This document shows positions 27,991 to 38,795 of a stretch of 64,000 nt of DNA, in pieces. Each line of letters begins with the position of its first letter. The first letter of the stretch is position 1. The notes under the pieces were generated by a model. It did no database searches. It had not been told where the DNA came from and saw nothing but the letters and a program-made list of their open reading frames with translations. Made by a program: the position numbers and the translations under genes. Origin of the DNA: Desulfatiglandales bacterium (lineage in GTDB: Bacteria; Desulfobacterota; DSM-4660; Desulfatiglandales; HGW-15); contig CAXXJJ010000001.1 in assembly GCA_963667015.2 (NCBI GenBank), positions 2,432,001-2,496,000 of the forward strand, given 5' to 3'.

Positions 27991-29682
27991 TTAACATAAA
28001 TAAAGATCATTAAAGGTTTCCAGAAAGTTTCCTCTCACCTTTTCAAGCTCAGTAATGAGCGAAGATACCTTCTGATTTTCACCATTGTTTACTGATTCAA
28101 TAATTTTTTGCGCATGAGCATGTATCTTTTCATGAAGTTGACCAACCTTTGAAAAAACCGGAAAATCCCTGAGTTTCTGACCTTCGTGACCATAGTACCA
28201 TTTGCCGAAATCACAGTTATGATAGTCGGTAATTTCCTCTTTACCTATTGACTGCCTGCCATGAATCAGGGCTTCGAGTTTTATCCTCCATTTAAGGTGG
28301 CCGCTTTTTATGGCCGCTATATCAAAGCGATCCTCGGTGAGGATAAATTTTTCCATAACTCCTTTTAGCCGCTGCGCAAGTTTCTGCAGCTCATAAAGAC
28401 TTATATTTACCTCTGAACAATTGATTGTTATCTCGTTTGATGATGCGTTTACCTCTGTGGACTCATTGGAGATGTTTTCCGCGAAAACAGAGCATTGAGC
28501 TATATTATTATTCACATCCTGTATCCCGTCCGAGGCCTGAGTGATATTGCCGGCAATCTCCTGTGTGGTAACTGACTGCTCTTCAACTGCATTGGCAATA
28601 GTGGTCACTATCTCATTGACCTCATTGTTAATGCGGTTGATTTCCTTTATCATGTCTATGGTTTCGTTTGATGATGACTGGATTGCACTGACCTTTTCCT
28701 TGATCTCATTGGTTGCTTCGGAAGTCTGCCTGGCAAGTTCCTTGATTTCATTGGCTACAACAGCAAAACCCTTTCCTGCCTCACCGGCACGGGCCGCCTC
28801 AATGGTTGCATTAAGGGCCAGAAGATTTGTCTGCTCGGATATATCCGTTATGGTTCCTGTTACTTTTCCAATATCTGCTGCCACTGCCCCAAGTTCATCA
28901 ACCTTTGTTGATGCAACCCTGGCTTGAGATACCGCCTTATCAGTGATAACACGTGCCGATTCTGTATTTTTAGCTATTTCGTTAATAGTTGCGCTCATCT
29001 CTTCTGCAGAAGAGGCTACCATGTTGATATTGGTAGTGACCTGTTCGCTTGCAGCAGCTACACGGATCATATTTTCACTCATGTTCCGGGCCTCTCCGGC
29101 AACATTACCTGTGAGCTGAGAATTGGATTCCGCCCCTTGCTTCATCTTTTTAGAAATGGCAAACAGATTGTCAGAGGATGTGTTTAAAGTAGAAATTCCA
29201 TTATTGATATCTCTCAACACATTGCTTGTCTGGGATTTTATCTCGATAAGCTGGTCGGCTATCTGAGTAATCTCATCCTGACCTTCAGCCTCAAGACTGG
29301 AAGTGAAATCGCCTTTAACCATTGTATCGGTGAAATTTAAGATTGATCCTATATTCTTTTTAATCCCAACGGTCAGGAAATAGACAAGGAACAATAAAGA
29401 AACACAGCTTATGATTCCAATAATCAGATTTATATATATGCCTTTATTAACAAGTGAAGTAATAGAATTTAAATTTTTATCCAGCTCAGTCTGTTGAAAC
29501 TGGATTGCAGTTGACTGTATATATCCGGCCTCTGATATAAAAGCAGCTGATTCTGCGCGGGCGTTTTCTGCCAGTCTTTTTGTTTCGGTTCCATAGTACC
29601 AGCCTGAAATTATTAAAACCGGTAGTAGAATCATAATAAAGACAACAATCAGTCCGTATTTTTTAGCAATAGTCATATTCAT
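27991..29682 (-). CDS. Methyl-accepting chemotaxis protein with C-terminal CZB zinc-binding domain
   Basis: [30 protein letters not shown] hairpin; [22 protein letters not shown] 29682 with GAGGAG RBS. Confidence 0.92.
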   Translation of the reverse strand: MNMTIAKKYGLIVVFIMILLPVLIISGWYYGTETKRLAENARAESAAFISEAGYIQSTAIQFQQTELDKNLNSITSLVNKGIYINLIIGIISCVSLLFLVYFLTVGIKKNIGSILNFTDTMVKGDFTSSLEAEGQDEITQIADQLIEIKSQTSNVLRDINNGISTLNTSSDNLFAISKKMKQGAESNSQLTGNVAGEARNMSENMIRVAAASEQVTTNINMVASSAEEMSATINEIAKNTESARVITDKAVSQARVASTKVDELGAVAADIGKVTGTITDISEQTNLLALNATIEAARAGEAGKGFAVVANEIKELARQTSEATNEIKEKVSAIQSSSNETIDMIKEINRINNEVNEIVTTIANAVEEQSVTTQEIAGNITQASDGIQDVNNNIAQCSVFAENISNESTEVNASSNEITINCSEVNISLYELQKLAQRLKGVMEKFILTEDRFDIAAIKSGHLKWRIKLEALIHGRQSIGKEEITDYHNCDFGKWYYGHEGQKLRDFPVFSKVGQLHEKIHAHAQKIIESVNNGENQKVSSLITELEKVRGNFLETFNDLYLC

Positions 29683-30065
29683 AGCCTGGCTCCTCTCGAA
29701 TTGTAAGCAAATGGTAAGAATTAAAGAGCAAATACCGTGCCGGTTATGTTGGGCAGGAAAGTCTTGTATAATCAATAAGATATACTTTAGGGTTACGCAG
29801 GGTGAAAATTAAAATGTATCAGGTGTTAATTTTTTGACATATAAATATATATATTTTTGACTAAATTGATATATTATTAATATAAATTATCTGATAGAAG
29901 TAAACTTGATTTTATCAGGCTGGATATGAAAATTCGTATTATATCGGTTCATACAAACTGTTTATTACGAAATTCTTTATTGATACTGTATATGAATTCT
30001 CTATATAATCTTTAGACTTATAAAAATAAAAACATGATTATAGATTTACTGAAAAGGTGAACTAT

Positions 30066-30713
30066 ATGGATATAGTAATTACAGAAGAAGAGATCAGGGT
30101 GCTGGGCTGTTTAATGGAAAAGGAGATGGCAACACCCGAATATTATCCTATGTCTCTCAATGCCCTGACAAATGCATGCAATCAGAAGTCAAATCGTGAT
30201 CCTGTGACCTCCTTTTCAGAGGAGACGGTTTTGAGTGCATTGGATGGATTAAGAAAAAAGAAACTGGCAATGGAAAGCAGCGGAAGCCGTGTACCTAAAT
30301 ATGCCCAGACATTTTCAAATGAACTTAAGTTGAGCAGCAGAGAAGAGGCTGTCATCTGCATTCTACTGGTTCGCGGCCCCCAGACCCCTGGTGAAATCAG
30401 GGGCCGAACCGAACGGCTTTATTCCTTTTCAAGCCTTGAGGAAGTACTGGAGACAATTAACGGGCTTGAAAATATGGAACTGGTAAAAAGGCTTCCAAGG
30501 CAGCCGGGACGGAAGGAGTCACGTTATGCTCAATTGCTGGGAGGAGAGCCTCATGAGACAACCGGTGATATTACTGAGCCTGATAATGCCGGGAGTGCTC
30601 AGACGATTGAAAATAAACGTATAGATGAACTAACGCATGAAGTAGATATGCTGCGTGAAGAATTGAATAAAATCAGGCAGGAGTTTGAGGCATTCAAGGC
30701 GCAGTTTGGATAA
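30066..30713 (+). CDS. yceH: YceH/DUF480 family protein
   Basis: RVLGCLMEK..TPEYYPMSLNAL..ACNQKSNRDP; RGPQTPGE. Confidence 0.88.
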   Translation: MDIVITEEEIRVLGCLMEKEMATPEYYPMSLNALTNACNQKSNRDPVTSFSEETVLSALDGLRKKKLAMESSGSRVPKYAQTFSNELKLSSREEAVICILLVRGPQTPGEIRGRTERLYSFSSLEEVLETINGLENMELVKRLPRQPGRKESRYAQLLGGEPHETTGDITEPDNAGSAQTIENKRIDELTHEVDMLREELNKIRQEFEAFKAQFG

Positions 30714-30742
30714 ACTTTTAAAAACAGAAAGTAATAAACTGA

Positions 30743-31648
30743 ATGATTGAATATGGCAAAATAAACAGCCTCAGGGTTAAAAAAGTAGATGGAAACATGA
30801 TAGCCCTTGATGGCGGAGAACTGGGTGAGGTATTCCTTCCTAAAAAAGAGGTGCACGGACGATGCAGGGTTAATGATAATGTTGAAGTTTTTTTATACCT
30901 GGATTCAAAAGACCAGGTAATCGTCACAGCAAATAAACCATATGTTGAGGCAGGGCAGTTTGCACTGCTCAAAGTGGTGACAGCAAATTCCTACGGGGCG
31001 TTTCTTGACTGGGGCCTTGAGCGGGATATTCGGGTATCTGAAAAGGAACAGCAGAAAAGGATGCGGCAGGGCGAGTTCTATCTGGTTTACGTATATAATG
31101 ATAAAAATAACCGTATCGCCGCGTCCTCCAGGCTGACGAAGTTTATGAAAAACATTCCTGCTGATTTCAAAGAAGGTCAGCGAGTGGATCTTGTCATAGG
31201 TGACATCACACCCATGGGATACAGGGCGATCATAAATGGAACTCATATAGGTGTACTGTATAAGAATGAGGTGTTCCAGCTCCTTAAACAGGGGCAGCCC
31301 ATAAAGGGATATATAAAAAAAATAAGGGAAGATGGAAGAATTGATCTTTCCCTTCAAAGACGAAGCGCCCGGGAAATAGATGACCTTTCCGGAAAGATCA
31401 TGAATGTATTAAAGGAGCATGGCGGTCGCCTTGAGATATCAGATAAAACGTCACCTGAAAGGATATACAGCCTGTTCGGCGTAAGCAAAAAGCGATACAA
31501 GAGTGCTATCGGTACCCTCTATAAAAAACGGCTTATCAAGATCGAAGATTATGCAATACGAATTGCAGTCGGGAAGGGGCAGGACTCATCCGAAACTCCA
31601 GAGGTTAAAAAAAAGAGGACTGTTCGAAGAATCAGGCCGAAAAGATAA
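30743..31648 (+). CDS. CvfB-family S1 RNA-binding protein
   Basis: GAFLDWGL, S1 repeats, C-terminal DKTSPERI..FGVSKKRYKSAIGTLYK winged helix. Confidence 0.85.
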   Translation: MIEYGKINSLRVKKVDGNMIALDGGELGEVFLPKKEVHGRCRVNDNVEVFLYLDSKDQVIVTANKPYVEAGQFALLKVVTANSYGAFLDWGLERDIRVSEKEQQKRMRQGEFYLVYVYNDKNNRIAASSRLTKFMKNIPADFKEGQRVDLVIGDITPMGYRAIINGTHIGVLYKNEVFQLLKQGQPIKGYIKKIREDGRIDLSLQRRSAREIDDLSGKIMNVLKEHGGRLEISDKTSPERIYSLFGVSKKRYKSAIGTLYKKRLIKIEDYAIRIAVGKGQDSSETPEVKKKRTVRRIRPKR

Positions 31649-31700
31649 ATTAATTTTCGTGAAAACAGCCATAAATTTTATTCAAAAAAGGAGACATTAA

Positions 31701-32006
31701 ATGATTAATGTTATTGCAACAGTGCAGGTTAAAGAAGGTAAAAGATCGGAATTTATTAATCTATTCAAGACTATTGTTCCTCTGGTTAAAGCGGAGAAGG
31801 GGTGCATCGATTATTTCCCAACAATTGATCTGCCGACAGATTTGCCTCCACAGGACATTAATGAAAATGAAGTGACAATAATTGAAAGATGGGAAAGTCT
31901 GGATCATTTAATGGCCCATCTTGCAACAAAGCACATGGCTGAACACATGGAAAAAGAAAAGGATTATGTTGAAAAGGCTTCGATCAAGATACTGCAGGAA
32001 GCCTAG
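31701..32006 (+). CDS. ABM-family protein (putative quinol monooxygenase)
   Basis: EKGCIDY..IIERWESLDHLMAHLATKHM. Confidence 0.85.
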   Translation: MINVIATVQVKEGKRSEFINLFKTIVPLVKAEKGCIDYFPTIDLPTDLPPQDINENEVTIIERWESLDHLMAHLATKHMAEHMEKEKDYVEKASIKILQEA

Positions 32007-32011
32007 AAAAA

Positions 32012-32082
32012 CAGGCTGAAGCTTTTTAGTCTGAAGGCTGTAGCAAAAGCTTTTCCTAATAGCCTATAGCCTTCAGCCTGCC
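32012..32082. repeat. AGGCTGAAG/CTTCAGCCT-family inverted-repeat element
   Basis: caggctgaag..tctgaaggctgtag / ctatagccttcagcctg; supplies the TGA stop of the convergent GTPase gene. Confidence 0.75.
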
Positions 32083-33494
32083 TGGCTGCTTTTAGTTTCC
32101 CTGATAATCTCCAGCAGGATTCCCTCCAGATTCTTTTTTACTTCCTCATTCCCGTTATCCGGATATTTGCGCAGCGTATTGAATATCTTTGCCAGCTCTC
32201 TCCTCTGACCGGATTTTATTCCCTTTACTATCCCGGCATTATCAGGATTTTGAATAATGATTTTTTCCCGCCGGCTGTGCGCAAAATCCCGGACTGTAAA
32301 ATAATGAAGGAGGGCGCGGTCCATTAAAACCCATGGGAAATTCTGGTTCTTGTGCGGCCCAACCCGGACCAGTCGGCTTCCTTTTAAAAATTTACTCACA
32401 TGCTCGATAGAGGCAAACCTTTTGGTTGAAAAATAGGCAACAGATCCTGCCCCTATCAATGCCCCGCCCACGGCCCCTGCCAGAAATGATGATCCTCCAA
32501 CTGCGGCGTCAAGGGTTCCGCCCAAGGCGGCACCGGCAATAACCCCCAGGCTTAAAAGCTGACGGGGAGTCAGGCCCAGCATGGCCCAGGTTGATTCTGC
32601 AAACAGATCCTGCTGGAACACTGGTTTTCCCAGTTCTGTTTCTTCCCTCACAAGATTATTATGCTGATATAACTTCTCAATCGTCTGTCTGGATTTGATC
32701 TCCCTTTTACGCAGCCAGTCATGGAATTTGGTTTCAAGTCCTGCCCTGTGGTCCTCAATATCTTCGTGTTTATAAAGCCCTATTTCCGCATAATGGGTCA
32801 GTTCTGCTGCAAGCATCTCCGATATGATATGTGCAGCTTCTCTTTCTCGTCGCTTCCATTCCGCATTAAGATACCTGATTGCCTCATCTACCCTGGGACG
32901 CCATGCGTCGTGAAGTTCCCGGAACGCCTGAAACAGCTCCACCCTGTCCTGGAACCGGACATGCTGGGCATTAAACTGTCTTACAACACTAAAATATTGA
33001 TCAAGGGCAGGACGCCATCCCTCGGTAAAGTCATTATCCCCGATGTGATTGATCAGTGCCATGCGCGGCTGCCCGGTCCACCGGAGTATTTCCATTTCTG
33101 CCTCAAAATTTCTCCTGAAGGGCTTTGCACCATCCACAACATAAAGAACGCCTGCACCGTTTAAAATAGGTTTAAGGAGCCGGCACTCATCAACAAAATC
33201 ATTCGTGTCTTTAAAATGCTCATAAAAATTAATAACTACATCACGACGGTTTGCGGCTGATACTTCACGTTCTTTCATCCAGGCAAGGGCGCGGGGGGCC
33301 TGCTGAAATCCGGGTGTGTCAATCAAAGTAATAATCGTCTGGCCGTCCACCTTTATGGGGAATTCCTGGCAGACAAGGGTGGTGCCTGCACCGCTGTCGA
33401 TAGCTACTGTTTCATCCTCTGCCAGTGCTGAAACAATACTTGATTTACCCTTGTTCACCCTGCCTATCACGGCAAATACCGGTATATCTGTCAT
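32073..33494 (-). CDS. GTPase with DUF3482-like C-terminus
   Basis: GRVNKGKS (G1), T (G2), DTPG (G3); Gly-rich hydrophobic hairpin. Confidence 0.8.
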   Translation of the reverse strand: MTDIPVFAVIGRVNKGKSSIVSALAEDETVAIDSGAGTTLVCQEFPIKVDGQTIITLIDTPGFQQAPRALAWMKEREVSAANRRDVVINFYEHFKDTNDFVDECRLLKPILNGAGVLYVVDGAKPFRRNFEAEMEILRWTGQPRMALINHIGDNDFTEGWRPALDQYFSVVRQFNAQHVRFQDRVELFQAFRELHDAWRPRVDEAIRYLNAEWKRREREAAHIISEMLAAELTHYAEIGLYKHEDIEDHRAGLETKFHDWLRKREIKSRQTIEKLYQHNNLVREETELGKPVFQQDLFAESTWAMLGLTPRQLLSLGVIAGAALGGTLDAAVGGSSFLAGAVGGALIGAGSVAYFSTKRFASIEHVSKFLKGSRLVRVGPHKNQNFPWVLMDRALLHYFTVRDFAHSRREKIIIQNPDNAGIVKGIKSGQRRELAKIFNTLRKYPDNGNEEVKKNLEGILLEIIRETKSSQAG

Positions 33495-34999
33495 TGGAGT
33501 GCCCCTGTAACCGGTTCTACACTTATAAAAGGATCATTTACCCTTGCTGCTGCATCCTGCCAGTTCTGCCAGTCAGTTTTTGTTGGAGAGATTATATCCT
33601 TGTCAGAATCAAGGCTAAGAAGACCTATTACAACAGGGCGATCCGCCTTTATATTTGAACGCAGGTGATGTAAAAAATGTATTACCGCCTTGCCCGGAGC
33701 CTCCCATGATTCGGCCAGTAAAAGAATAGGCGCATCATCTTGACTTCCTTTAAAGCGTTCAAGGGTATGCTCATCCTGATTATTGTCAAGCATGCCTGCA
33801 TATAAGGTTTCTTCAACACTCCATTGAAACCCAGCCTGAACAATCTTTATTATTTCCTGTTCAGACAGGTCGATTTCTTCCCAGATAATCAGATAACAGG
33901 CCCCGGAGTTATGGGCATGTTTATTCGGGTTTTTTAATTTCTGTTTTTCAGGCATGCCTTCCCTGTTATTCATATCTTCGGTCCGGCTGGAAAATATAGG
34001 GGATGTCAGTCTCCTGTATAGAGAATCAAATTCTGCCGAAAGAAAGGGAGTACGCCTTTGGGCGCGGGAAAGTGCAAATCCTGAAAACATCAGAAAAATA
34101 AATCTGGGAATCAGGCCGTAAAAGATCAGGGTGCAGATTAAAAAAGGCCACCAGCCTCCTGCAGTCAATGCGTTGCTGTTTATACCTGAATAATTACCGT
34201 CCATGCGAAAATAGCGTGTCGATTCAACAAGGTCCAATGTTGGAACAAGCTCAGGGGATAACAGTGCCCACGGTGCCGAAATAACCGAGACAATACTGTG
34301 AAAAAAATCGGGCGAAACATCCAGCGTCGTGTTCCAGGCAAATGCCAGATCAGAGAAGGTTACAAGGTATGCGCATGCTGCAAGGGCGCCCAGGCTGAAT
34401 GCAAATCCGCCGAGCTGGGTAATACTGAAAAGGGTCCATCTTTCGATATTTTTATATATTGCATGCCTGGATTTCACACGATTAAACAAACCGGTCATAT
34501 GACGCAGTGATTCTGTTTTGTTTTTATAGAGGTGTTTACTGACCGTTCCCACAATATAGGTGAAAACAAGGCGTGCGAATCTGTAGAAGTCGCCTACCAG
34601 TGGAATCCTGCTGCGGATATTGCCGGGAAGAATATTCAGGAAAAACAGCAGATAAAGCAGGCTCTGAAGTCCTGCAAATACAGCAATAAAGTTTACAATA
34701 TTAACCGGATGGGATCCGTCATAGGTAAGGATTCCCGCACAGGCTGTTGCTCCTGAGACCAGGAAGAAAAAAAATACAAGATAGCGTAAAAAGAGCAGGG
34801 CTGAAGTGAGAGACTGACCCGGATATGAATTTTCATCTTCAAGCTTGTTAAGCCAGAACCTGAACAGGGAGATGCGGTCATCTTCAGAACCGTTATAGTC
34901 TTTGCCTATCTTTCTATCCCTCTCACGCTGTTCTGCCGGATCGGATTGCGTATCTTTATAGAGCTGATATTCAAGATTTATTATTTCATTAAGTTTCAA
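33491..34999 (-). CDS. DUF2868-like membrane protein
   Basis: DLAFAWNTTL, WWPFL..YGLIPR motifs; overlaps the GTPase start by 4 nt. Confidence 0.75.
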   Translation of the reverse strand: MKLNEIINLEYQLYKDTQSDPAEQRERDRKIGKDYNGSEDDRISLFRFWLNKLEDENSYPGQSLTSALLFLRYLVFFFFLVSGATACAGILTYDGSHPVNIVNFIAVFAGLQSLLYLLFFLNILPGNIRSRIPLVGDFYRFARLVFTYIVGTVSKHLYKNKTESLRHMTGLFNRVKSRHAIYKNIERWTLFSITQLGGFAFSLGALAACAYLVTFSDLAFAWNTTLDVSPDFFHSIVSVISAPWALLSPELVPTLDLVESTRYFRMDGNYSGINSNALTAGGWWPFLICTLIFYGLIPRFIFLMFSGFALSRAQRRTPFLSAEFDSLYRRLTSPIFSSRTEDMNNREGMPEKQKLKNPNKHAHNSGACYLIIWEEIDLSEQEIIKIVQAGFQWSVEETLYAGMLDNNQDEHTLERFKGSQDDAPILLLAESWEAPGKAVIHFLHHLRSNIKADRPVVIGLLSLDSDKDIISPTKTDWQNWQDAAARVNDPFISVEPVTGALQ

Positions 35000-35040
35000 G
35001 TGTGCTGCCTGAGCTGATGAATATCATGTTACTTTTTTAT

Positions 35041-35250
35041 TCACATATTTTTGTTAAATACCCATATCGTTAATCTTACAACATATACGGCGAGCAGTGA
35101 ACAGATTGCACCTAAAAGGATGACTATGAGACCCGCCTCTATTTTCAGCAGACGACATAGTGAAAGAAATACTGTCAATCCCCCCGCAATAGTTAATAGA
35201 AACCAGACAAGTTCTTTGATCAGTCTCTTCTTTTTATTCATGCCTGGCAT
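35041..35250 (-). CDS. Small 2-TM hypothetical protein
   Basis: 69 aa, two hydrophobic segments. Confidence 0.5.
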   Translation of the reverse strand: MPGMNKKKRLIKELVWFLLTIAGGLTVFLSLCRLLKIEAGLIVILLGAICSLLAVYVVRLTIWVFNKNM

Positions 35251-35324
35251 CCTTTAAAAATAAGCTTTGTTACTGTCAGGGAAAAATAAATCCAATCTAT
35301 TTTAAGAGTATAGAATCAAGCGTT

Positions 35325-35819
35325 TTAATAAAGATAAAATCCCAGGGCCTTGTCTTCCGATACGTTGGGATCAAAGGAACAGAACTCTACATTTACAAAA
35401 TTGTCTTTTATATTCCTGACATAAACCTGTTTTCTGATCAGTGTCCTGTTTTTATTATCCAGATTAAATTCCACTTCAATGATATCATCAGCTTTAAATA
35501 AAGGGGTTGATAACATCTTAAATTTGAGGCCCCCTTTGGAAATATCCAGCACGGTCATCGGTCCTTTCTGGTCATCACCTAAAAGCGGAGTGAAAGTGAA
35601 TTTCCCGGGGAATTTAGTATCTTTCCTGTAATATTTTCTTCTCTCCAGGGTAACGGAATATACATTTCCACAGGGGCATTTGACTTTCAGAGTAACAGCG
35701 GTTGTTATTTTTTTATACTTCGAGACATTAGCTTCCTTGTTGGCATGACATTTCGGACATTGAAAAGAAGCCGTATCCTTGTCAGAAAGATATATTTTTT
35801 GCGGTGTTGCAGCGTTCAT
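35325..35819 (-). CDS. Zn-ribbon + PilZ domain protein
   Basis: CPKC/CPCG, then RRKYYR (RxxxR) and DISKGG (DxSxxG). Confidence 0.85.
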   Translation of the reverse strand: MNAATPQKIYLSDKDTASFQCPKCHANKEANVSKYKKITTAVTLKVKCPCGNVYSVTLERRKYYRKDTKFPGKFTFTPLLGDDQKGPMTVLDISKGGLKFKMLSTPLFKADDIIEVEFNLDNKNRTLIRKQVYVRNIKDNFVNVEFCSFDPNVSEDKALGFYLY

Positions 35820-35965
35820 TGTTGACCTCTAACTCTTATTTATACCTTTAATTTAGGTATAATATGTTGAACTAAAGTTATGTTTTGCCTTTATTTTATA
35901 AACTTTGCAAGTTTTATCAATTAAATATTCAGAAAATTGGGGAATCCGGTTAACAACAGGTCTAC

Positions 35966-37156
35966 TTATAAATTCAGCGAACGCATAATTCCCAGTTCAA
36001 GCCCCCTTAGTTCTGCCAGACCTCTCATTCGACCCAGCAGCGAATAACCCGGATATATGCCATTTTTATCCTTTTCAAAAAGCATGAGCTGTCCGTGATC
36101 CGGCCGCATCGGGATTTTCAATTTGCTGCCGACCGATTCTTCCCTCCGCTTCTGCTCCATAAGAAGTTCTTTCATTATGGTATAAAGATCCACATCCCCC
36201 TCAAGATGCCAGGTTTCAATAAAATTACCCTGCTCATCCCTTTCAAGGCTTCTCAGGTGTACAAAATTGATTTTTGGCGCAAAGGTTTTAACCATATCAG
36301 CAAGATCATTCCTGTACCCGGCCCCCAGCGATCCGGTACAGAATGTGATCCCATTTGCGGGTGAGTCGTATGCATTAAGCAGTTTTTCAATGTCCTGTTT
36401 TGTTCCGGCAACCCTGGGCAGTCCTAACAGGGTCCAGGGCGGATCATCCGGATGAATTGCCATGAAGACCCCGGACTCTTCTGCCGCAGGGGTAATTTCT
36501 TTTATAAAGTTATAGAGATTTTTTCTTACCTCTGCCTCACCGATCCTGTTGTATTCAAGGACCGCGTTCCTGAAGACCTCAAACGGCAATGTCTCCAGTG
36601 AGCCGGGAAGTCCGAAGAGGATTGTCCTGGTCAGGTCGTCCTTTTCATTCCCGTTCATATTCTTAAAATATATTTCAGCCTCATGGATTATTTCAGGAGA
36701 ATAATCCTTTTCTGCTCCGGGCCTTTCCAGGATATAGATGTCAAAAGCTGCCAATGCTTTGGGCTCAAATTTTGTTGTTATGGTTCCGTCTTTTGTTTCA
36801 ACCATCAGGTTTGTGCGCGACCAGTCCAGGACAGGCATAAAGTTATAGCAGACAGTCCTGATATCGCATTCAGCCAGATTGCGGATTGACTGTTTATAAT
36901 TTTCAATAAGGAGAGGACAGTCGCTGCTTCCCTTTTTGATATTTTCATGTACAGGAAGGCTCTCAACAACAGACCATTTAAGGCCTTCATTCTCAATAAC
37001 TTTTTTTCTTTTCCTGATCTCTTCAACCGGCCAGATCTCACCCACAGGTATATGATGCAGTGCAGTGACAATTCCGGTAACACCAATCTGTTTTATCTCT
37101 TTTAATGAGATTGTATCATTGGGGCCGAACCACCGCCATGTATGTTCAAAAGCCAT
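35966..37156 (-). CDS. uxuA: Mannonate dehydratase
   Basis: TWRWFGP, CYNFMPVLDWSRT, HPDDPP, RPDHG. Confidence 0.95.
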   Translation of the reverse strand: MAFEHTWRWFGPNDTISLKEIKQIGVTGIVTALHHIPVGEIWPVEEIRKRKKVIENEGLKWSVVESLPVHENIKKGSSDCPLLIENYKQSIRNLAECDIRTVCYNFMPVLDWSRTNLMVETKDGTITTKFEPKALAAFDIYILERPGAEKDYSPEIIHEAEIYFKNMNGNEKDDLTRTILFGLPGSLETLPFEVFRNAVLEYNRIGEAEVRKNLYNFIKEITPAAEESGVFMAIHPDDPPWTLLGLPRVAGTKQDIEKLLNAYDSPANGITFCTGSLGAGYRNDLADMVKTFAPKINFVHLRSLERDEQGNFIETWHLEGDVDLYTIMKELLMEQKRREESVGSKLKIPMRPDHGQLMLFEKDKNGIYPGYSLLGRMRGLAELRGLELGIMRSLNL

Positions 37157-37164
37157 ATGTCTTA

Positions 37165-37989
37165 TTAAACTCCGCTAAAGGCGTTGAAACCGCCGTCAAT
37201 CGGGATTATAGCCCCGGTTACAAATCCGGATGCATCGCTGGCAAGCCAGATTACGGCACCAATCATTTCATCCGGTTCCCCGAATCGTTTAAAAGGTGTC
37301 ATATTAATAATTGTCCGGCCTCTATCGGTGAGTGATCCGTCCTCATTGGTTAATAGAGTTCTGTTCTGGTTGGTCAGAAGGAATCCGGGAGCAATGGCAT
37401 TAATCCTTACCCCGCTGCCGAATTTCTGAGCCAGCTCAACAGCCATCCATTTTGTGAAATTATCAACAGCCGCCTTGGCGGCCGAATAGCCTACAACCCG
37501 TGTAATTGTTCGATATGAAGCCATGGATGAAATATTGATTATTGATCCTTTTTTATTTTCAGCCATTGATTTTGCAAACACCAGGGTGGGAAGAACCGTG
37601 CCGTTGAAGTTGAGATCGGTCACCTTTTTAAATTCGTCAATTTTAAGGTCAAAAATATTCTGGTCAACCCCTATGGTTGCACCCGGCATGTTTCCGCCAG
37701 CCGCGTTTACCAGTATGTCGATTCTGCCGTATCTATCCAGTATCTGATCATTAACCCTTTTTAATCCTGCCTCATCCAGAACATCGCATTGGAAGGCTGT
37801 TATTTCGTTTTCATGTGTGCTTAGTTCCTGCACCTTTTTTTGAAGGCTGGATTCAGTCCTGCCGAGTATTATTGCCTTTGCGCCTGAATTGAGGAAGCCC
37901 TTTGCCAGTTCACCGCCGATTATACCGCCGCCGCCGGTTATTATGACAACCCTGTCTTTTACGTCGAATAATGAGTTTATATAATTCAT
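37165..37989 (-). CDS. uxuB: SDR-type D-mannonate oxidoreductase
   Basis: TGGGGIIG, NAAGGN.P.AT, YSAAKAA; directly upstream of uxuA. Confidence 0.8.
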   Translation of the reverse strand: MNYINSLFDVKDRVVIITGGGGIIGGELAKGFLNSGAKAIILGRTESSLQKKVQELSTHENEITAFQCDVLDEAGLKRVNDQILDRYGRIDILVNAAGGNMPGATIGVDQNIFDLKIDEFKKVTDLNFNGTVLPTLVFAKSMAENKKGSIINISSMASYRTITRVVGYSAAKAAVDNFTKWMAVELAQKFGSGVRINAIAPGFLLTNQNRTLLTNEDGSLTDRGRTIINMTPFKRFGEPDEMIGAVIWLASDASGFVTGAIIPIDGGFNAFSGV

Positions 37990-38148
37990 ATTTTTCCTGG
38001 TAGGTGTTTATTGATTTATAAAACAGCTTTAATAATACCGATTGGATTTCTTTTTTCAATAGTAATATACGATCCTGTTGATGATTGTAAAACATTGGTG
38101 TATTCTTTCAGAGCTTCATTTCAAAATTACAGTTAACAGGTGATATTT

Positions 38149-38784
38149 ATGAATTCCAGCGAAATTTACTCAAAACTTGAAGAGTTTAAAATTATTCCGG
38201 TTGTGGCAATAGAAGATGCCGGGGACTCGCTGAAGCTTGCCGATGCCCTGATTGAGGGAGGTCTCCCGTGTGCCGAAATTACCTTCCGCACAAAGGATGC
38301 TGCTCCTGCCATTAAAAAAATCTCACAGGAAAGGGGAGGAATTCTCCCGGGTGCGGGTACTGTACTCAAAGTTGACCAGGTCAAGGAGGCCTGTGACAGC
38401 GGTGCAGAGTTTATCGTTTCCCCGGGGTTTAATCCAAAGGTCGTTGAATACTGTTTGAAAAACAGTATTACAGTGATCCCCGGAACCAGCAATCCGACGG
38501 ATATTGAAATGGCCCTTGACTTTGATCTGAGTGTTGTAAAATATTTTCCTGCCGAGAGTTTCGGAGGAATCAAAACACTGAAGGCAATAAGCGCGCCCTA
38601 TTCAATGATGAAATTTGTCCCGACAGGCGGGATCAGTATTAAGAATTGCATGGATTACCTGGATTTTCAAAAGGTCCTGGCTGTCGGAGGAAGCTGGATG
38701 GTGGCAAAATCATTAATCAATGAAGGTAACTTTCAGGAAATTACCAGACTGACAAAAGAGGCCATGAGCCTGGTTCATGGATAA
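38149..38784 (+). CDS. eda: KDPG/KHG aldolase
   Basis: EITFRT, GAGTV, FIVSPG, KYFPAE, PTGGI. Confidence 0.93.
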   Translation: MNSSEIYSKLEEFKIIPVVAIEDAGDSLKLADALIEGGLPCAEITFRTKDAAPAIKKISQERGGILPGAGTVLKVDQVKEACDSGAEFIVSPGFNPKVVEYCLKNSITVIPGTSNPTDIEMALDFDLSVVKYFPAESFGGIKTLKAISAPYSMMKFVPTGGISIKNCMDYLDFQKVLAVGGSWMVAKSLINEGNFQEITRLTKEAMSLVHG

Positions 38785-38795
38785 CAGGAGATGAT

